From: Actinomycetota bacterium
GTDB taxonomy: Bacteria; Actinomycetota; UBA4738; HRBIN12
Length of the DNA: 64,000 bases
Assembly: GCA_035490535.1 (NCBI GenBank)
Contig: DATHCP010000010.1
Coordinates: forward strand, 1,088 to 65,087
Direction of reading: 5' to 3'
The position numbers were made by a program, and so were the translations under genes. A model generated the notes under the pieces. That model was not told the DNA's origin. It saw only the letters and a program-made list of their open reading frames with translations, and searched no databases. Position 1 is the first letter of the stretch. Each line of letters starts with the position of its first letter. Below, in pieces: positions 1 through 11,338 of the stretch.

Positions 1-467
1 TCCTCGATGAGCCCACCTCCGGCCTGGATCCCCAGTCCCGCCTCGCGCTGTGGGAGATCCTGCGGCAGATCCACCGGGACGGGCAGACGGTCGTGCTGAC
101 GACGCACTTCATGGAAGAGGCCGACAAGCTCTGCAACCGGGTCGCGATCATGGACCACGGGCACATCCTGGCGATGGACACGCCGGCGGGGCTCAAGCGG
201 ACGATCGGCGGGGACTCGATCGTGCGGATCCAGGCGGGCGAGCAGCCCGACCGGCTGGCCGCGCACCTCGGCTCGATGGACGGCATCACCGGAACGGCCG
301 TGCTCGGCGAGACCGTCCAGCTCACGGCGCACGGCACCGAGGGTCTGCTCCCCCGCGTGATCCAGGTCGCCGAAGCCGGCGGCTTCACCGTCCACGACAT
401 CTCGCTGGATGTGCCCACCCTCGAGACCGTGTTCATCAACCTGACCGGGAAGGATCTCCGCGAATGA
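1..467 (+). CDS. ABC transporter ATP-binding protein (5' partial)
   Basis: In-frame from window edge: LDEPTSGLDPQSR (Walker B/D-loop) ... TTHFMEEADKLCNRVAIMDHGHIL; stop overlaps next start (ATGA). Confidence 0.85.
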   Translation, partial: LDEPTSGLDPQSRLALWEILRQIHRDGQTVVLTTHFMEEADKLCNRVAIMDHGHILAMDTPAGLKRTIGGDSIVRIQAGEQPDRLAAHLGSMDGITGTAVLGETVQLTAHGTEGLLPRVIQVAEAGGFTVHDISLDVPTLETVFINLTGKDLRE

Positions 468-1309
468 GCGACGTCACCGCGACCGCCGCGATCGGCTTGC
501 CCGAGACCACCTCGGCGCGGAGCACGCCCGCCAGCGCCTTCTGGGCCCTGCTGCTCCGCGACCTGACCGTCCTGCGCAAGGAGTTCGCGCAGTTCCTGGC
601 GCGCACGATCATGCAGCCGCTGCTGTTCGTGTTCGTGTTCGCCTACGTCTTCCCGAAGATCGGGCAGGGCGTCGGGGGGGCCGCGGGCTCCGCGGCGTTC
701 TCGAGCATCCTCGTGCCCGGCGTCGTCGCGATCGCCTGCATCTTCCAGGGGATCCAGGCCGTGGCGCTGCCGCTGGTGCAGGACTTCGGCTACAGCCGCG
801 AGATCGAGGACCGCGTCATGGCGCCGCTCCCGATCTGGGCGGTCGCGATGGAGAAGGTGGCGGCGGGCGCCGCACAGGGCCTGATCGCCGCCGTGGTGGT
901 GTTCCCGTTCGCGCTGTTCGTGCCGGCGACGCCGGTCCACCTCGACGTGATCTGGTGGCGTCTGATCACGCTGCTGCCGCTGTCGGCCGTGTGCGGCGCA
1001 GGCCTCGGCATGGTGCTGGGCACCCGCGTCCAGCCGCGACAGGTGCCGCTGTTGTTCGGGATCGTGGTGCTGCCGCTGACCTTCCTCGGCGCCACGTACT
1101 ACCCGTGGGCGAACCTGACCCCGATCCCCTGGCTGAAGGCCCTCGTGCTGCTGAACCCGCTCGTGTACATGAGCGAGGCGATGCGCGTGTCGCTGACGCC
1201 GTGGGTACCGCACATGGCGCTGTGGGCGATCTACGGCGGGCTGCTCTTCTTCATCGCGTTGTTCCTGACGCTCGGGATCGACGGCTTCCGCCGGCGCGTC
1301 CTGTCGTAA
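464..1309 (+). CDS. ABC-2 type transporter permease
   Basis: ATG at 464 overlapping ATPase stop; multi-TM hydrophobic protein, typical ABC-2 exporter permease partner. Confidence 0.75.
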   Translation: MSDVTATAAIGLPETTSARSTPASAFWALLLRDLTVLRKEFAQFLARTIMQPLLFVFVFAYVFPKIGQGVGGAAGSAAFSSILVPGVVAIACIFQGIQAVALPLVQDFGYSREIEDRVMAPLPIWAVAMEKVAAGAAQGLIAAVVVFPFALFVPATPVHLDVIWWRLITLLPLSAVCGAGLGMVLGTRVQPRQVPLLFGIVVLPLTFLGATYYPWANLTPIPWLKALVLLNPLVYMSEAMRVSLTPWVPHMALWAIYGGLLFFIALFLTLGIDGFRRRVLS

Positions 1310-1419
1310 ACGATCGGGTCCCGCCGGCGAACGGCCTCGATCCGAACCTCCCTTCGGCCCTGCTGGTTGTGGGCGTTCCCTCCGAGACTGGATGTGACCG
1401 GTCCATCTCGGAGGTGAGG

Positions 1420-1920
1420 ATGATGCGTAGCCGAAGGATCCTCGTTGCGATCGGGAGCGCGCTCCTGTTGATCCTCTCGTGGTCGAGCGCGGCGACCGGC
1501 TCGATGGATCACACGACGCGACCGTTGGACACCCAGATGCTCGCCGTGATCTCGGGCCCGCTGACGATCCACGCGCCGAGCTACCGGATCTTGGGGATGT
1601 GGGGACCGAGCTCCAGCCCGAACATCGAGGGCCGCGGCGGCGTGGCAGCGACCCTCAGCGTGACGGTCGAAGGCGGTCCCGTCGAGTTCCAGATGTTCCT
1701 CGAGGATGAGGATCGGGGGTTCGCGACGCGGATGCTCGGCCCCGCCGCGCGGTTCGACCCGGGCACCGGGGTGGCGTCGTGGTCGTACACCTGGGTCCGG
1801 TGGCTCCGGCCCGGGCCGTACACGGTCAACATCCAATGGCGCTCGCCCACCGGCGTTCCGGTCACGGTCGACTCCGGCACGCTCGTGGTCCAGTACGCGG
1901 CGGTGAAGGCCACGACCTGA
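1420..1920 (+). CDS. hypothetical secreted protein
   Basis: MMRSRRILVAIGSALLLILSWSSAATG signal peptide; no recognisable family. Confidence 0.45.
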   Translation: MMRSRRILVAIGSALLLILSWSSAATGSMDHTTRPLDTQMLAVISGPLTIHAPSYRILGMWGPSSSPNIEGRGGVAATLSVTVEGGPVEFQMFLEDEDRGFATRMLGPAARFDPGTGVASWSYTWVRWLRPGPYTVNIQWRSPTGVPVTVDSGTLVVQYAAVKATT

Positions 1921-1931
1921 ACCGATGACGC

Positions 1932-3020
1932 TCAGTCGCGGGCACGCCCGGCGTCCAACCGGGCACGGGCGAGACGGTCGGCGGCTTCCGCGGTCGTGAC
2001 CCCGTCACGATCGGCCTCCGCGAACACGGCGGCGAGGGTTCCACCGATCCCCGCCAGGCGCGCCGCCATCGCCGCGTCGTCCCAACCGAGGGTCTCGTAG
2101 CCGGCCAGGTGGATCACCCCACCGGCGTTGATCACGTAGTCGGGGGCGTAGAGGATCCCGCGCTCGGTCAGCAGCGCCGCATCGGCGTCCGAACCCAGCT
2201 GGTTGTTGGCGGCGCCGGCGACCGCGCGACATCGCAGGCGTGGGATCGTCTCGGCCGTCAGCACCGGCCCCGTGGCGCACGGCGCGAACACGTCGACCTC
2301 GGCCCCGATCGCGTCGGCAGGGCCGACGATCGCGGCGCCGACCCGCTCGGCCGCCGCGTGCGCACGCTCCGCGTCGACGTCGCTGACGGAGAGCATGGCC
2401 CTCTCACCGCGCAGCAGATCGAGCAGGCGCCCGCCCACGGAGCCGGCGCCCTGCACGAGGACCGAGCGGCCGTCCAGATCCGGAGACCCGAACGCCCGCA
2501 GGCACGTCGCCCGGATCCCGTGGAAGACCCCGATCGCGGTTCCGCCGCCGGGATCGCCCGACCCGCCGCGTTCGCGCGAGCGTCCCAGCACGTGCGGCGT
2601 CCGCTCTCCGATCACGTCCATGTCCGGCGGGCCCGTGTTCATGTCGGCGGCCGTCACGTACGTCCCGTGGAGCGAGTCGACCAGCCCCGCGTAGCGCAGG
2701 AGCAGCTCGCGTCGCTCCCGCGAGCCGCGGTCGGGCACCGACGGCACCGCCAGCACGGCCTTGCCGCCCCCGTAGGGGAGATCCGCGGCGGCCTGCTTCG
2801 AGGTCATCGCGCTCGACAGGCGCAGCACGTCGGCGAACGCGTCCTCCGGCGCCGCGTACGCCTTCAGGCGGGTGCCACCCATCGCCGGCCCGAGGATCGT
2901 GGAGTGCACCCCCACGAACATCCACGCGCCCGTCGGCTCGTCGAAGCGGGTGACGACCTCCTCACCGTCCCAGCCACGCAGCAGGTCCTCGAACACGTCG
3001 CGCAGTCTAGGCGCGACGAC
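1932..3020 (-). CDS. Glu/Leu/Phe/Val dehydrogenase family protein (leucine dehydrogenase-like)
   Basis: FVGVHSTILGPAMGGTRLKAYA, KQAAADLPYGGGKAV, GAGSVGG Rossmann motif; start approximate (GTG near VAPRLRDVFEDLL). Confidence 0.7.
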   Translation of the reverse strand, partial: VVAPRLRDVFEDLLRGWDGEEVVTRFDEPTGAWMFVGVHSTILGPAMGGTRLKAYAAPEDAFADVLRLSSAMTSKQAAADLPYGGGKAVLAVPSVPDRGSRERRELLLRYAGLVDSLHGTYVTAADMNTGPPDMDVIGERTPHVLGRSRERGGSGDPGGGTAIGVFHGIRATCLRAFGSPDLDGRSVLVQGAGSVGGRLLDLLRGERAMLSVSDVDAERAHAAAERVGAAIVGPADAIGAEVDVFAPCATGPVLTAETIPRLRCRAVAGAANNQLGSDADAALLTERGILYAPDYVINAGGVIHLAGYETLGWDDAAMAARLAGIGGTLAAVFAEADRDGVTTAEAADRLARARLDAGRARD

Positions 3021-3069
3021 GGCGGCGGGCCGACCGGCCCGCCGCCGTTCGACGTTCCGTTCCGCCGAG

Positions 3070-3657
3070 CTACTTGATGAACACGACGGAGTTCGCGTTG
3101 CCGGAGCAGGCGAACGAGTCGGTCGGATCGACGATCCCGTCGTGGTTCGAGCCATCGAGTCGCCCGCCCGTGAGGACGAAGATGCGGACCTGATCCTGAT
3201 GTCCGGCCGTTGCCTTCGCCTTCAAGCCCACCGTGATCGTGGCGACCTTATCGACCAGCTGCTTGTCCGGGATCGGGTTCAGCGAGATGAACCCCTTCCA
3301 CGTGACGCCGGTGATCGAACCGAACGTGAAGCCGTTCCCGTCGCATTGAGTGCCGATGGACGTCGCGATCGCGCTGGAGACGGGCATCTGCTGCACCGGC
3401 CCGAACGTCTTGTTGCCGTTCCACTTCGCGTTCTGGACGGCGAGGTCGCTCGTGTTGTTCACGCCGACCAGGACCCACTGGTACATCTTCGAGAGCCCGG
3501 TCTTCGACGTGGACCAGGGCCGGACGGTGAGGACGACCTTCGTGAGCTGTCCCGGTTTCAGCGAGCTGTCCTGGATCGAGAAGCTCTGCAGGGTGAAGCA
3601 GGACGAGAGCAACAGCGCCATGGCGCCGGCGAGCGCCACCAGACCGAGTCGCTTCAT
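3070..3657 (-). CDS. putative lipoprotein
   Basis: MKRLGLVALAGAMALLLSSC lipobox-type signal peptide; otherwise unknown. Confidence 0.55.
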   Translation of the reverse strand: MKRLGLVALAGAMALLLSSCFTLQSFSIQDSSLKPGQLTKVVLTVRPWSTSKTGLSKMYQWVLVGVNNTSDLAVQNAKWNGNKTFGPVQQMPVSSAIATSIGTQCDGNGFTFGSITGVTWKGFISLNPIPDKQLVDKVATITVGLKAKATAGHQDQVRIFVLTGGRLDGSNHDGIVDPTDSFACSGNANSVVFIK

Positions 3658-3754
3658 GCGGAAACCTCCCTCGGGGAAGAACGGGTACGTCCCGGCATCG
3701 TGGCACCGGGTCCCCCATCCTTCAAACACCCGGGTGTGAACCCACGGAACGCCG

Positions 3755-3782
3755 AAGGGGCGGGCCGCCCGGCCCGCCCCTT
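3755..3782 (-). terminator. GC-rich hairpin downstream of groEL (terminator-like)
   Basis: AAGGGGCGGGCCG-cc-CGGCCCGCCCCTT perfect inverted repeat 20 nt after groEL stop; no U-tract, as is usual in high-GC genomes. Confidence 0.4.
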
Positions 3783-3804
3783 CGATCCGCCGACCGAGGT
3801 CGGC

Positions 3805-5430
<1,626 letters not shown>

Positions 5431-5742
5431 TTACTTCTTGCCCTTGCCGAGCACCGCGAGCACGTCGCGGGCCGACAGGATCAGGTACTCGTCGCCATCG
5501 ACCTTGACCTCGGTGCCGCCGTACTTCGAGTAGACGACCGTGTCGCCGACCTTGACGTCGAGCGCGACGCGGCCGGTTCCCTCGTCGTTCCACCGGCCCG
5601 GGCCGGCCGCCACGACGGTGCCCTCCTGGGGCTTCTCCTTCGCGGTGTCCGGGATCACGAGCCCCGAGCTCGTGGTCTCCTCACCCTCGCCGGGCTGCAC
5701 GACGATCCGGTCCTCCAGCGGCTGGAGCTTGAAGTCCGCCAT
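5431..5742 (-). CDS. groS: co-chaperonin GroES
   Basis: [17 protein letters not shown]...[15 protein letters not shown]...[13 protein letters not shown]. Confidence 0.97.
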   Translation of the reverse strand: MADFKLQPLEDRIVVQPGEGEETTSSGLVIPDTAKEKPQEGTVVAAGPGRWNDEGTGRVALDVKVGDTVVYSKYGGTEVKVDGDEYLILSARDVLAVLGKGKK

Positions 5743-5792
5743 ACCTGGCTACCTCCCCTTCCTGTTCCGATCTCCGTCTTAGGGCCGGCAAG

Positions 5793-5819
5793 TTAGCACT
5801 CCAGACCCCTGAGTGCTAA
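5793..5819. promoter_or_regulatory. CIRCE operator (HrcA binding site) upstream of groES
   Basis: TTAGCACTC-N9-GAGTGCTAA perfect consensus at 5793-5819, ~50 nt upstream of groES start. Confidence 0.9.
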
Positions 5820-5915
5820 CAGGATAGCCAGGCGAGTGCCAACGCGGCAACGCGTCCCGCCGTCGGGCGATGGACCCTTGACCGTTCCGCGGGACCGGGC
5901 CGAGACTGTCGTTCC

Positions 5916-7055
5916 GTGAGCCTGCGGTGGGCGAGGGCGTCCGGTGCCGGGCCGGCGTGGTTCGCGGCCCGCGTGCTCGGGATCTCGGGGCTGGTCGCCG
6001 GCCTGCTGTTCCCGGCCGCAGCCGCGCCGGCGCGTTCGCTCCCGTGTCAGTCGTGGGGCGCCCAGCCGCCCCTCGTGGGCACCAGCACCGCCCTCGGCGG
6101 GATCGCGGCCGGCGGAGCCTGCGACGTCTGGGTCGTCGGGTCGGCCAACGGGGGCTCGCTCACCACGATCCAGCACTGGGACGGGGTGCGGTGGACGACG
6201 CTGCCGAGCCCGAGCCCAGGCGCGGTGCTGAATAGCCTCTGGGGCGTCGCCGTCGTGTCCGCGAACGACGCCTGGTCGGTGGGCAGCTATCGACAGATCA
6301 CGACGGATGAGCCGCTGATCGAACACTGGAACGGCCACACCTGGTCCGTGACCCCGAGCCCGACGATCGAGGGCTCTCTGTTGGCCGTCGTCGCGTTCGG
6401 CCACCACGACGCCTGGGCGGTGGGCACGGCCGGCAGCAGCGCCACGGCACGTCCGTTGATCCTGCACTGGAACGGCCGGCGGTGGAAGGTCCAGGCGACC
6501 CCGAACGTCGGCGCTGGCTACGCGTTCCTGGGAGGGGTCGGCGGGACCGGCCCTCGGGACCTCTGGGCCGTCGGCTCCCACCGGAACGACGACCGCACGC
6601 TTGCCCTGCACTGGAACGGGCGCCGATGGACGGTCGTTCCCAGCCCGAGCCCGGATCCCGACGGTGTCCTCGGCTCGGTCTCGGCGGTCGCACCCGACGA
6701 CGTCTGGGCCGTCGGGAGCCATGGCCCGGTGATCCATCCGCTCGTCGAGCACTGGAACGGGCACCGGTGGACGGTGCGGCACAGCCCGAACCTTGGCCCG
6801 TTCAAGACCGACCTCGCCGCCGTCTCGATGACGTCGGCGGAGGATGGCTGGGCGGTCGGCTACCGGGACGTCGGCACACAGATCCAGAACGTCGTCGAGC
6901 ACTGGAACGGCCATGCCTGGTCGATCGTCCCGACCCCGACGTTCGGGATGCAGAGCGTGCTGTCCGGGGTCGTGGCCGTGTCGCCGCAACGGATCTGGAC
7001 GGCGGGAAGCTTCATCGGCAGCGCGACGTATCCCCTGGTGCTCGGATGTTGCTGA
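5916..7055 (+). CDS. secreted repeat-propeller protein (paralog A), ~48-aa repeats, C-terminal CC
   Basis: Hydrophobic N-terminus; 7 repeats of consensus LIEHWNGxxWxxVPSPxxxxxxLxGVxAxxxxDxWAVG; ends ...LVLGCC. Confidence 0.7.
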   Translation: MSLRWARASGAGPAWFAARVLGISGLVAGLLFPAAAAPARSLPCQSWGAQPPLVGTSTALGGIAAGGACDVWVVGSANGGSLTTIQHWDGVRWTTLPSPSPGAVLNSLWGVAVVSANDAWSVGSYRQITTDEPLIEHWNGHTWSVTPSPTIEGSLLAVVAFGHHDAWAVGTAGSSATARPLILHWNGRRWKVQATPNVGAGYAFLGGVGGTGPRDLWAVGSHRNDDRTLALHWNGRRWTVVPSPSPDPDGVLGSVSAVAPDDVWAVGSHGPVIHPLVEHWNGHRWTVRHSPNLGPFKTDLAAVSMTSAEDGWAVGYRDVGTQIQNVVEHWNGHAWSIVPTPTFGMQSVLSGVVAVSPQRIWTAGSFIGSATYPLVLGCC

Positions 7056-7065
7056 GGGAGGCAGG

Positions 7066-8220
7066 ATGAACGTTCGCCCACTCCGCCGGCCGATCCGGCC
7101 GATCGCGGCCGCGCTCGCGGTCCTCGCGTCGACGGTCGCGATCTCGATCCCATCGCACACCTCGACCGCGGTGGCGGCGACGGCGTGCGCGACGTTCGGG
7201 TTCGCACAGCCACCCAGCCCCGGCTCCTCGAACGACCAACTCCGCGGTGTGGCGGTGCTCTCTTCGTGCAGCGCGTGGGCGGTCGGCCAGACCTCGAACG
7301 GCGGCGACTCGGCGACCCTGATCGAGCATTGGAACGGACGTGCGTGGAAGGTCCAGGCGAGCCCGAGTCCGGGCGCGGGATCCGATCTGCTCTACGCGGT
7401 GTCGGCTGCCGGTCCGCACACGGCCTGGACGGTGGGCAGCACGAACGACGGCGTCCTCGACCACACCCTGATCGAGCGTTGGAGCGGGAAGGCCTGGAAG
7501 GTCGTGAAGAGCCCGAACGTCCCCGGGGTGAACAACGTCCTGGAGGGCGTCGTCGCGTTCTCCCCCACGAACGCCTGGGCGGTCGGGTACGCGGCGACGG
7601 CCCCGCTCCGCACGCTGATCGAACACTGGAACGGCCGCGCCTGGCAGATCGCGAAGAGCCCGAACGCCGCGGGCGACAACCTCCTGACGGGCGTGGACGG
7701 ATCCTCCCCCACCGACGTCTGGGCGGTCGGGGACCGCGGGCCGGGGCCGAGCACGCTGATCGAGCGCTGGAACGGCCACGCGTGGAAGATCGTGAAGAGC
7801 CCGGACCCCGGGAGCGTGCAGAACGTCCTGATCGGGGTCTCGGCCGTCGGGCCGCACGCTGCCTGGGCCGTCGGCGACCGCTACGACGGTTCGACGACGA
7901 CGACGCTCGTGCTCCGCTGGAACGGGAAGAGGTGGGCGACCGCGAACAGCCCGTCGGGCACCGGAGCCACCAGCGAGCTCGACGGCGTCGCGATGACCTC
8001 GGCGACGAACGGCTGGGCGGCGGGCTGGTGGTTCGACGGCGCGGTGAACCATGCGCTGCTGCTCCGCTGGAACGGGCACGTATGGACGAAGCAGGCCCTG
8101 CCGACGAACGGCACCGCCGACGAGCTCCACGGGATCGGCGCCTCCTCCGCGAGCGAGGCCTGGGCGGTCGGGTCGTTCGTGAACACGGTGAACCGGGTGC
8201 TCGCGCTGCACTGCTGCTGA
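7066..8220 (+). CDS. secreted repeat-propeller protein (paralog B), C-terminal CC
   Basis: GGGAGG RBS then ATG 7066; signal peptide MNVRPLRRPIRPIAAALAVLASTVAIS; repeats TLIEHWNGRAWKV.SP...L.GV.A....AWAVG x7; ends ...LALHCC. Confidence 0.75.
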   Translation: MNVRPLRRPIRPIAAALAVLASTVAISIPSHTSTAVAATACATFGFAQPPSPGSSNDQLRGVAVLSSCSAWAVGQTSNGGDSATLIEHWNGRAWKVQASPSPGAGSDLLYAVSAAGPHTAWTVGSTNDGVLDHTLIERWSGKAWKVVKSPNVPGVNNVLEGVVAFSPTNAWAVGYAATAPLRTLIEHWNGRAWQIAKSPNAAGDNLLTGVDGSSPTDVWAVGDRGPGPSTLIERWNGHAWKIVKSPDPGSVQNVLIGVSAVGPHAAWAVGDRYDGSTTTTLVLRWNGKRWATANSPSGTGATSELDGVAMTSATNGWAAGWWFDGAVNHALLLRWNGHVWTKQALPTNGTADELHGIGASSASEAWAVGSFVNTVNRVLALHCC

Positions 8221-8224
8221 GCGA

Positions 8225-9464
8225 TCAGCCCGCGGCGTCGACGGCCGCGCGCAGCCAGCGGCCGGGATCGTCGCGGTGGTACACGCGCTCGGTGGGCTCG
8301 ATGCCGTCCAGGAACGTCCGGTAGATCAGCGCCTGGCGGAGGGCGGCCACGGGCCGGATCAGCTCGGCCGCGCGTTCGGGGTCGGAGCCCGGGCGTTCCG
8401 CCCGCCACGCGCCGGCCCAGGCGTCGCGGATCCGGCCGAGCGCCTCGGGCGGCACGCGCTCGAGGAAGGCCGGCGTGTCGAACAGCGGGTGCCCGACCCC
8501 GCTGTCGCCCCAGTCCAGCAACACCGGCCGGCCGTCGCCGGCGCGCCAGTTGCCGGGATGGAAGTCGCCGTGCACGAGCGTCTCGGGCAGGCCGCAGGCT
8601 TCGAGGTCGGTCAGACGCCGAGGAAGATCGGCGATCAGGGCATCGAGCTGCTCGAGCAGATGAGGTTCGAGTTCGGAGCGGACGTCCGCGCGACGCACGA
8701 GCCGTTCCGCGGAGCGGACGAACGACGCGCGACGCCAGTCGGGAAGGCCGGCCGCGAGCAGGTCGTCGGTCCGGCCGGCGAACGCGGCCTGGAGCGCGAC
8801 GAGTCGCCGCACCATCTCGAGTAACGCCGGTTCGTCAGCGTCGAACAGATCCTCGCCGGCGACGTCGTCGAGCAACACGGTCCTCGACAGCGGGTCGACC
8901 GCCAGCCGGGACGGCACCAGATCCGGCGCGGAGCCGGCGACCAGCTCCAGGATCGCTCCCTCATGGCCCATGAACGGCGGCACGCTCTTGCACCACGCCG
9001 CGCCCTGCTCGGTCGGGAGCCGGAGCAGCGACGAGAGGTTCCACGACTTGACCTGCCGCGCCGGGCCCGACCGGGGCCGACCGAGCTCGTCCAGGCGTTC
9101 GTCGGCCCAGGCGAGCGAGGCCGCGACGCCGCCCGGGCGCGCCCACGGCATCCGCAAGGGCTCGTCGCGGAACGCCGGCGCCTCGCCGTCGACCGGCTCG
9201 AGCACCAGACCGGTCGGGAGCGGGGCGACGACTTCCGCGAGGTAGTCGACGTCGCCGCCCCTCCCCTCGTCCGACGCCGACGTGACGAGCAGCCGCAGCA
9301 CGACGATCGCGACGCCGAAGCGCTCGTGGGCGGCGTCGGCGACCGGTTCGACCTCTGGCCACCACGGCTCGGGCGTCCGGATCCGCGGGAGCGCGCCGAG
9401 GATCGCGCCGTCGGCCCCACACAGGACGAGGCGGACGTTCCGGAACCCCTCGCCGTCCTCAGCC
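8225..9464 (-). CDS. aminoglycoside/choline-kinase-like phosphotransferase (APH family)
   Basis: HGDFHPGNW (Brenner motif) and LLDWGDSGVGHPLFD; start MAEDGEGFRNVRL at 9464. Confidence 0.7.
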
Positions 9465-9477
9465 ATCGTGTCGAGCG

Positions 9478-9852
9478 TCAGCCCGCCGGCTCCGGCACCA
9501 CGGTCCAGGTCCCGCGCCACAGCTCGCCGCCATCCGCGTCGCCGTGGACCACCTCGACCTCCGCGACGTCGCGGATCCACAGCAACCGGCTGTCGCGGGT
9601 GACCATCCGGTAGGTGATGTCGTACGGCACGCCGTCCAGGGTCGAGCGCCAGGTCGCCGCGATCGCGGTCTCGGCGTCCTCCGGGTGGAGCAGGCGCTGC
9701 CAGAGGTACGGATCCTCGTTCCAGGAGGACATCGGATAGCCGAAGACCTCCTCGGCGTTCCCGCTCAGCTCGCGGAGCGCGGGCGGCGCGGGATCGTCCG
9801 AGTACCAGTAGACGTAGCGGACCACGGTCTCCGGCTCGGCCATCCGAGGCAT
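9478..9852 (-). CDS. small PAS-fold-like protein
   Basis: MPRMAEPETVV...SSWNEDPYLWQRLLHPEDAE...LLWIRDVAEV; PAS-like by eye only. Confidence 0.4.
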   Translation of the reverse strand: MPRMAEPETVVRYVYWYSDDPAPPALRELSGNAEEVFGYPMSSWNEDPYLWQRLLHPEDAETAIAATWRSTLDGVPYDITYRMVTRDSRLLWIRDVAEVEVVHGDADGGELWRGTWTVVPEPAG

Positions 9853-9914
9853 CGTATGCCGGGCTCCGCGGCGACCCGGGAGGGGTTGCGTGCCGTTCCG
9901 GGGGCAACCTCGGC

Positions 9915-11294
9915 TCAGCCGGCGACCGGTTCGAAACGCGAGAGCGAGAACGGGCCCATCGTGACGGCGTGCACGCGCCCGTCGGCGCCGCGATGGAAGA
10001 TGACGGGGTCGCCCGACTGGCGCATCCCCGGGTCGACCGTGAACCGGTCGGGCTCGCCCGTCGGCGTGAAGACCGCCTTCCAATCGGGGTCGTCGGGGTC
10101 GACCATCGTCAATCGGTTGTCGCGCCACTCGATCCGGACCAGGATGCCGTCCTCCGCGTCGCCGTAGAGGCCGAGGAGATCGGCGAAGGCCTCGGGGAGC
10201 GGCGTGGGTGGCGACATCGACGCGGCGGCCCTCGCCGCCTCGAGCGCGAGCTCGGCAAGGGCCATCGAGAGATCGGCCGGCGGCGCGACACCGTTCAGCA
10301 GCGCGATCGCGCCGACCTTCTCCGGCACGCGGTAGCACGCGTTCGTCGAGAACCCGGGCAGGCCGCCGGAGTGCATCAGCCACACGGTCTCGCCGCGGCG
10401 CCGGCCGTACCAGCCGATCCCGTAGGCCTCGGTCCACGCGTCGTCGCCCAGGTAGCGGGGCTGGTGCATCTCCCGCAGCGAGGCGCCGGCCAGGACCTGT
10501 GCTCCGCTCCGGTCGCCGCCGTCCTCGAGGAACTGCGCGACGATCCACCGCCCGACGTCGTCCACGCACGACCAGAGGCCACCCTCGGCGCTCGGGAACG
10601 TGCGCAGACGCCGCGCCGGCACGGGAACGTCGCTCATCCACCGTCCTCGGTAACCGACGGCCGCGCGGGCGGCGAGCGCGTCGGACAGGGGCGGGAACGC
10701 CGTCGAGGTCATGCCGAGCGGCTCCAGGATCTGCGTGCGGACGTGATCGACGTACGGCACGCCGGCGACGCGCGCGACGATCTCTCCCAGCAGCTGATAG
10801 CCGAGGTTCGAGTACTTCTGCTGGGCGTTCGGAGGCAGCCGCGTCGCGATCTCGTCGGCGCGCGCGAGGTTCACCGCCGGCGAGGACTCGTAGACGTCGC
10901 GGGTCCAGTCGGCGTCGGGCGGATCGCCCATCAGCCCCGACTCGTGCGACAGGAGCCGGCGGATCGTGACCGTCTCGATCAGCCCGAACGGGCTCGCGGC
11001 GCGCCGGAGTTCGGGCAGGTACGCGACGGCGGGATCGTCGAGGTGGAGCTTCCCCTCGTCGCGCAGCTGCATGATCGCCGTGGCCGTGAACGTCTTCGTG
11101 ATCGACGCGATCCGGTAGAGGGTGGTCGCATCGGGCGCGCGGCCGGCCTCGACGTCGGCGAGGCCCGCGCCGCCCGACCACACGAGCCCGTCGCCGTGGA
11201 CCACGCCGGCGACGGCGCCCGGGAGGCGATGTTCGCGGACGAACGCGGTCACGGTCTGTTGATACCGATCCGAGAGGCTTGCGACGGACGACAT
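9915..11294 (-). CDS. beta-lactamase-fold serine hydrolase (class C / esterase family)
   Basis: SITK (SxxK) motif in YRIASITKTFTATAIMQL; YxN-like SNLGYQLLG; start MSSVASLSDRY at 11294. Confidence 0.8.
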   Translation of the reverse strand: MSSVASLSDRYQQTVTAFVREHRLPGAVAGVVHGDGLVWSGGAGLADVEAGRAPDATTLYRIASITKTFTATAIMQLRDEGKLHLDDPAVAYLPELRRAASPFGLIETVTIRRLLSHESGLMGDPPDADWTRDVYESSPAVNLARADEIATRLPPNAQQKYSNLGYQLLGEIVARVAGVPYVDHVRTQILEPLGMTSTAFPPLSDALAARAAVGYRGRWMSDVPVPARRLRTFPSAEGGLWSCVDDVGRWIVAQFLEDGGDRSGAQVLAGASLREMHQPRYLGDDAWTEAYGIGWYGRRRGETVWLMHSGGLPGFSTNACYRVPEKVGAIALLNGVAPPADLSMALAELALEAARAAASMSPPTPLPEAFADLLGLYGDAEDGILVRIEWRDNRLTMVDPDDPDWKAVFTPTGEPDRFTVDPGMRQSGDPVIFHRGADGRVHAVTMGPFSLSRFEPVAG

Positions 11295-11338
11295 GACGGG
11301 CGCCAGCCTACGTGAGCCGACTAGGATTGCCGAACGCC

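Noticed and set aside
8180-8200. GGTGAACC-like sequences inside coding regions (for example 8180..8200, 10020..10040) as additional Pho boxes
   Set aside because: They do not match the exact CCGTTCACC 9-mer, are not phased at 11 nt and lie within ORFs.
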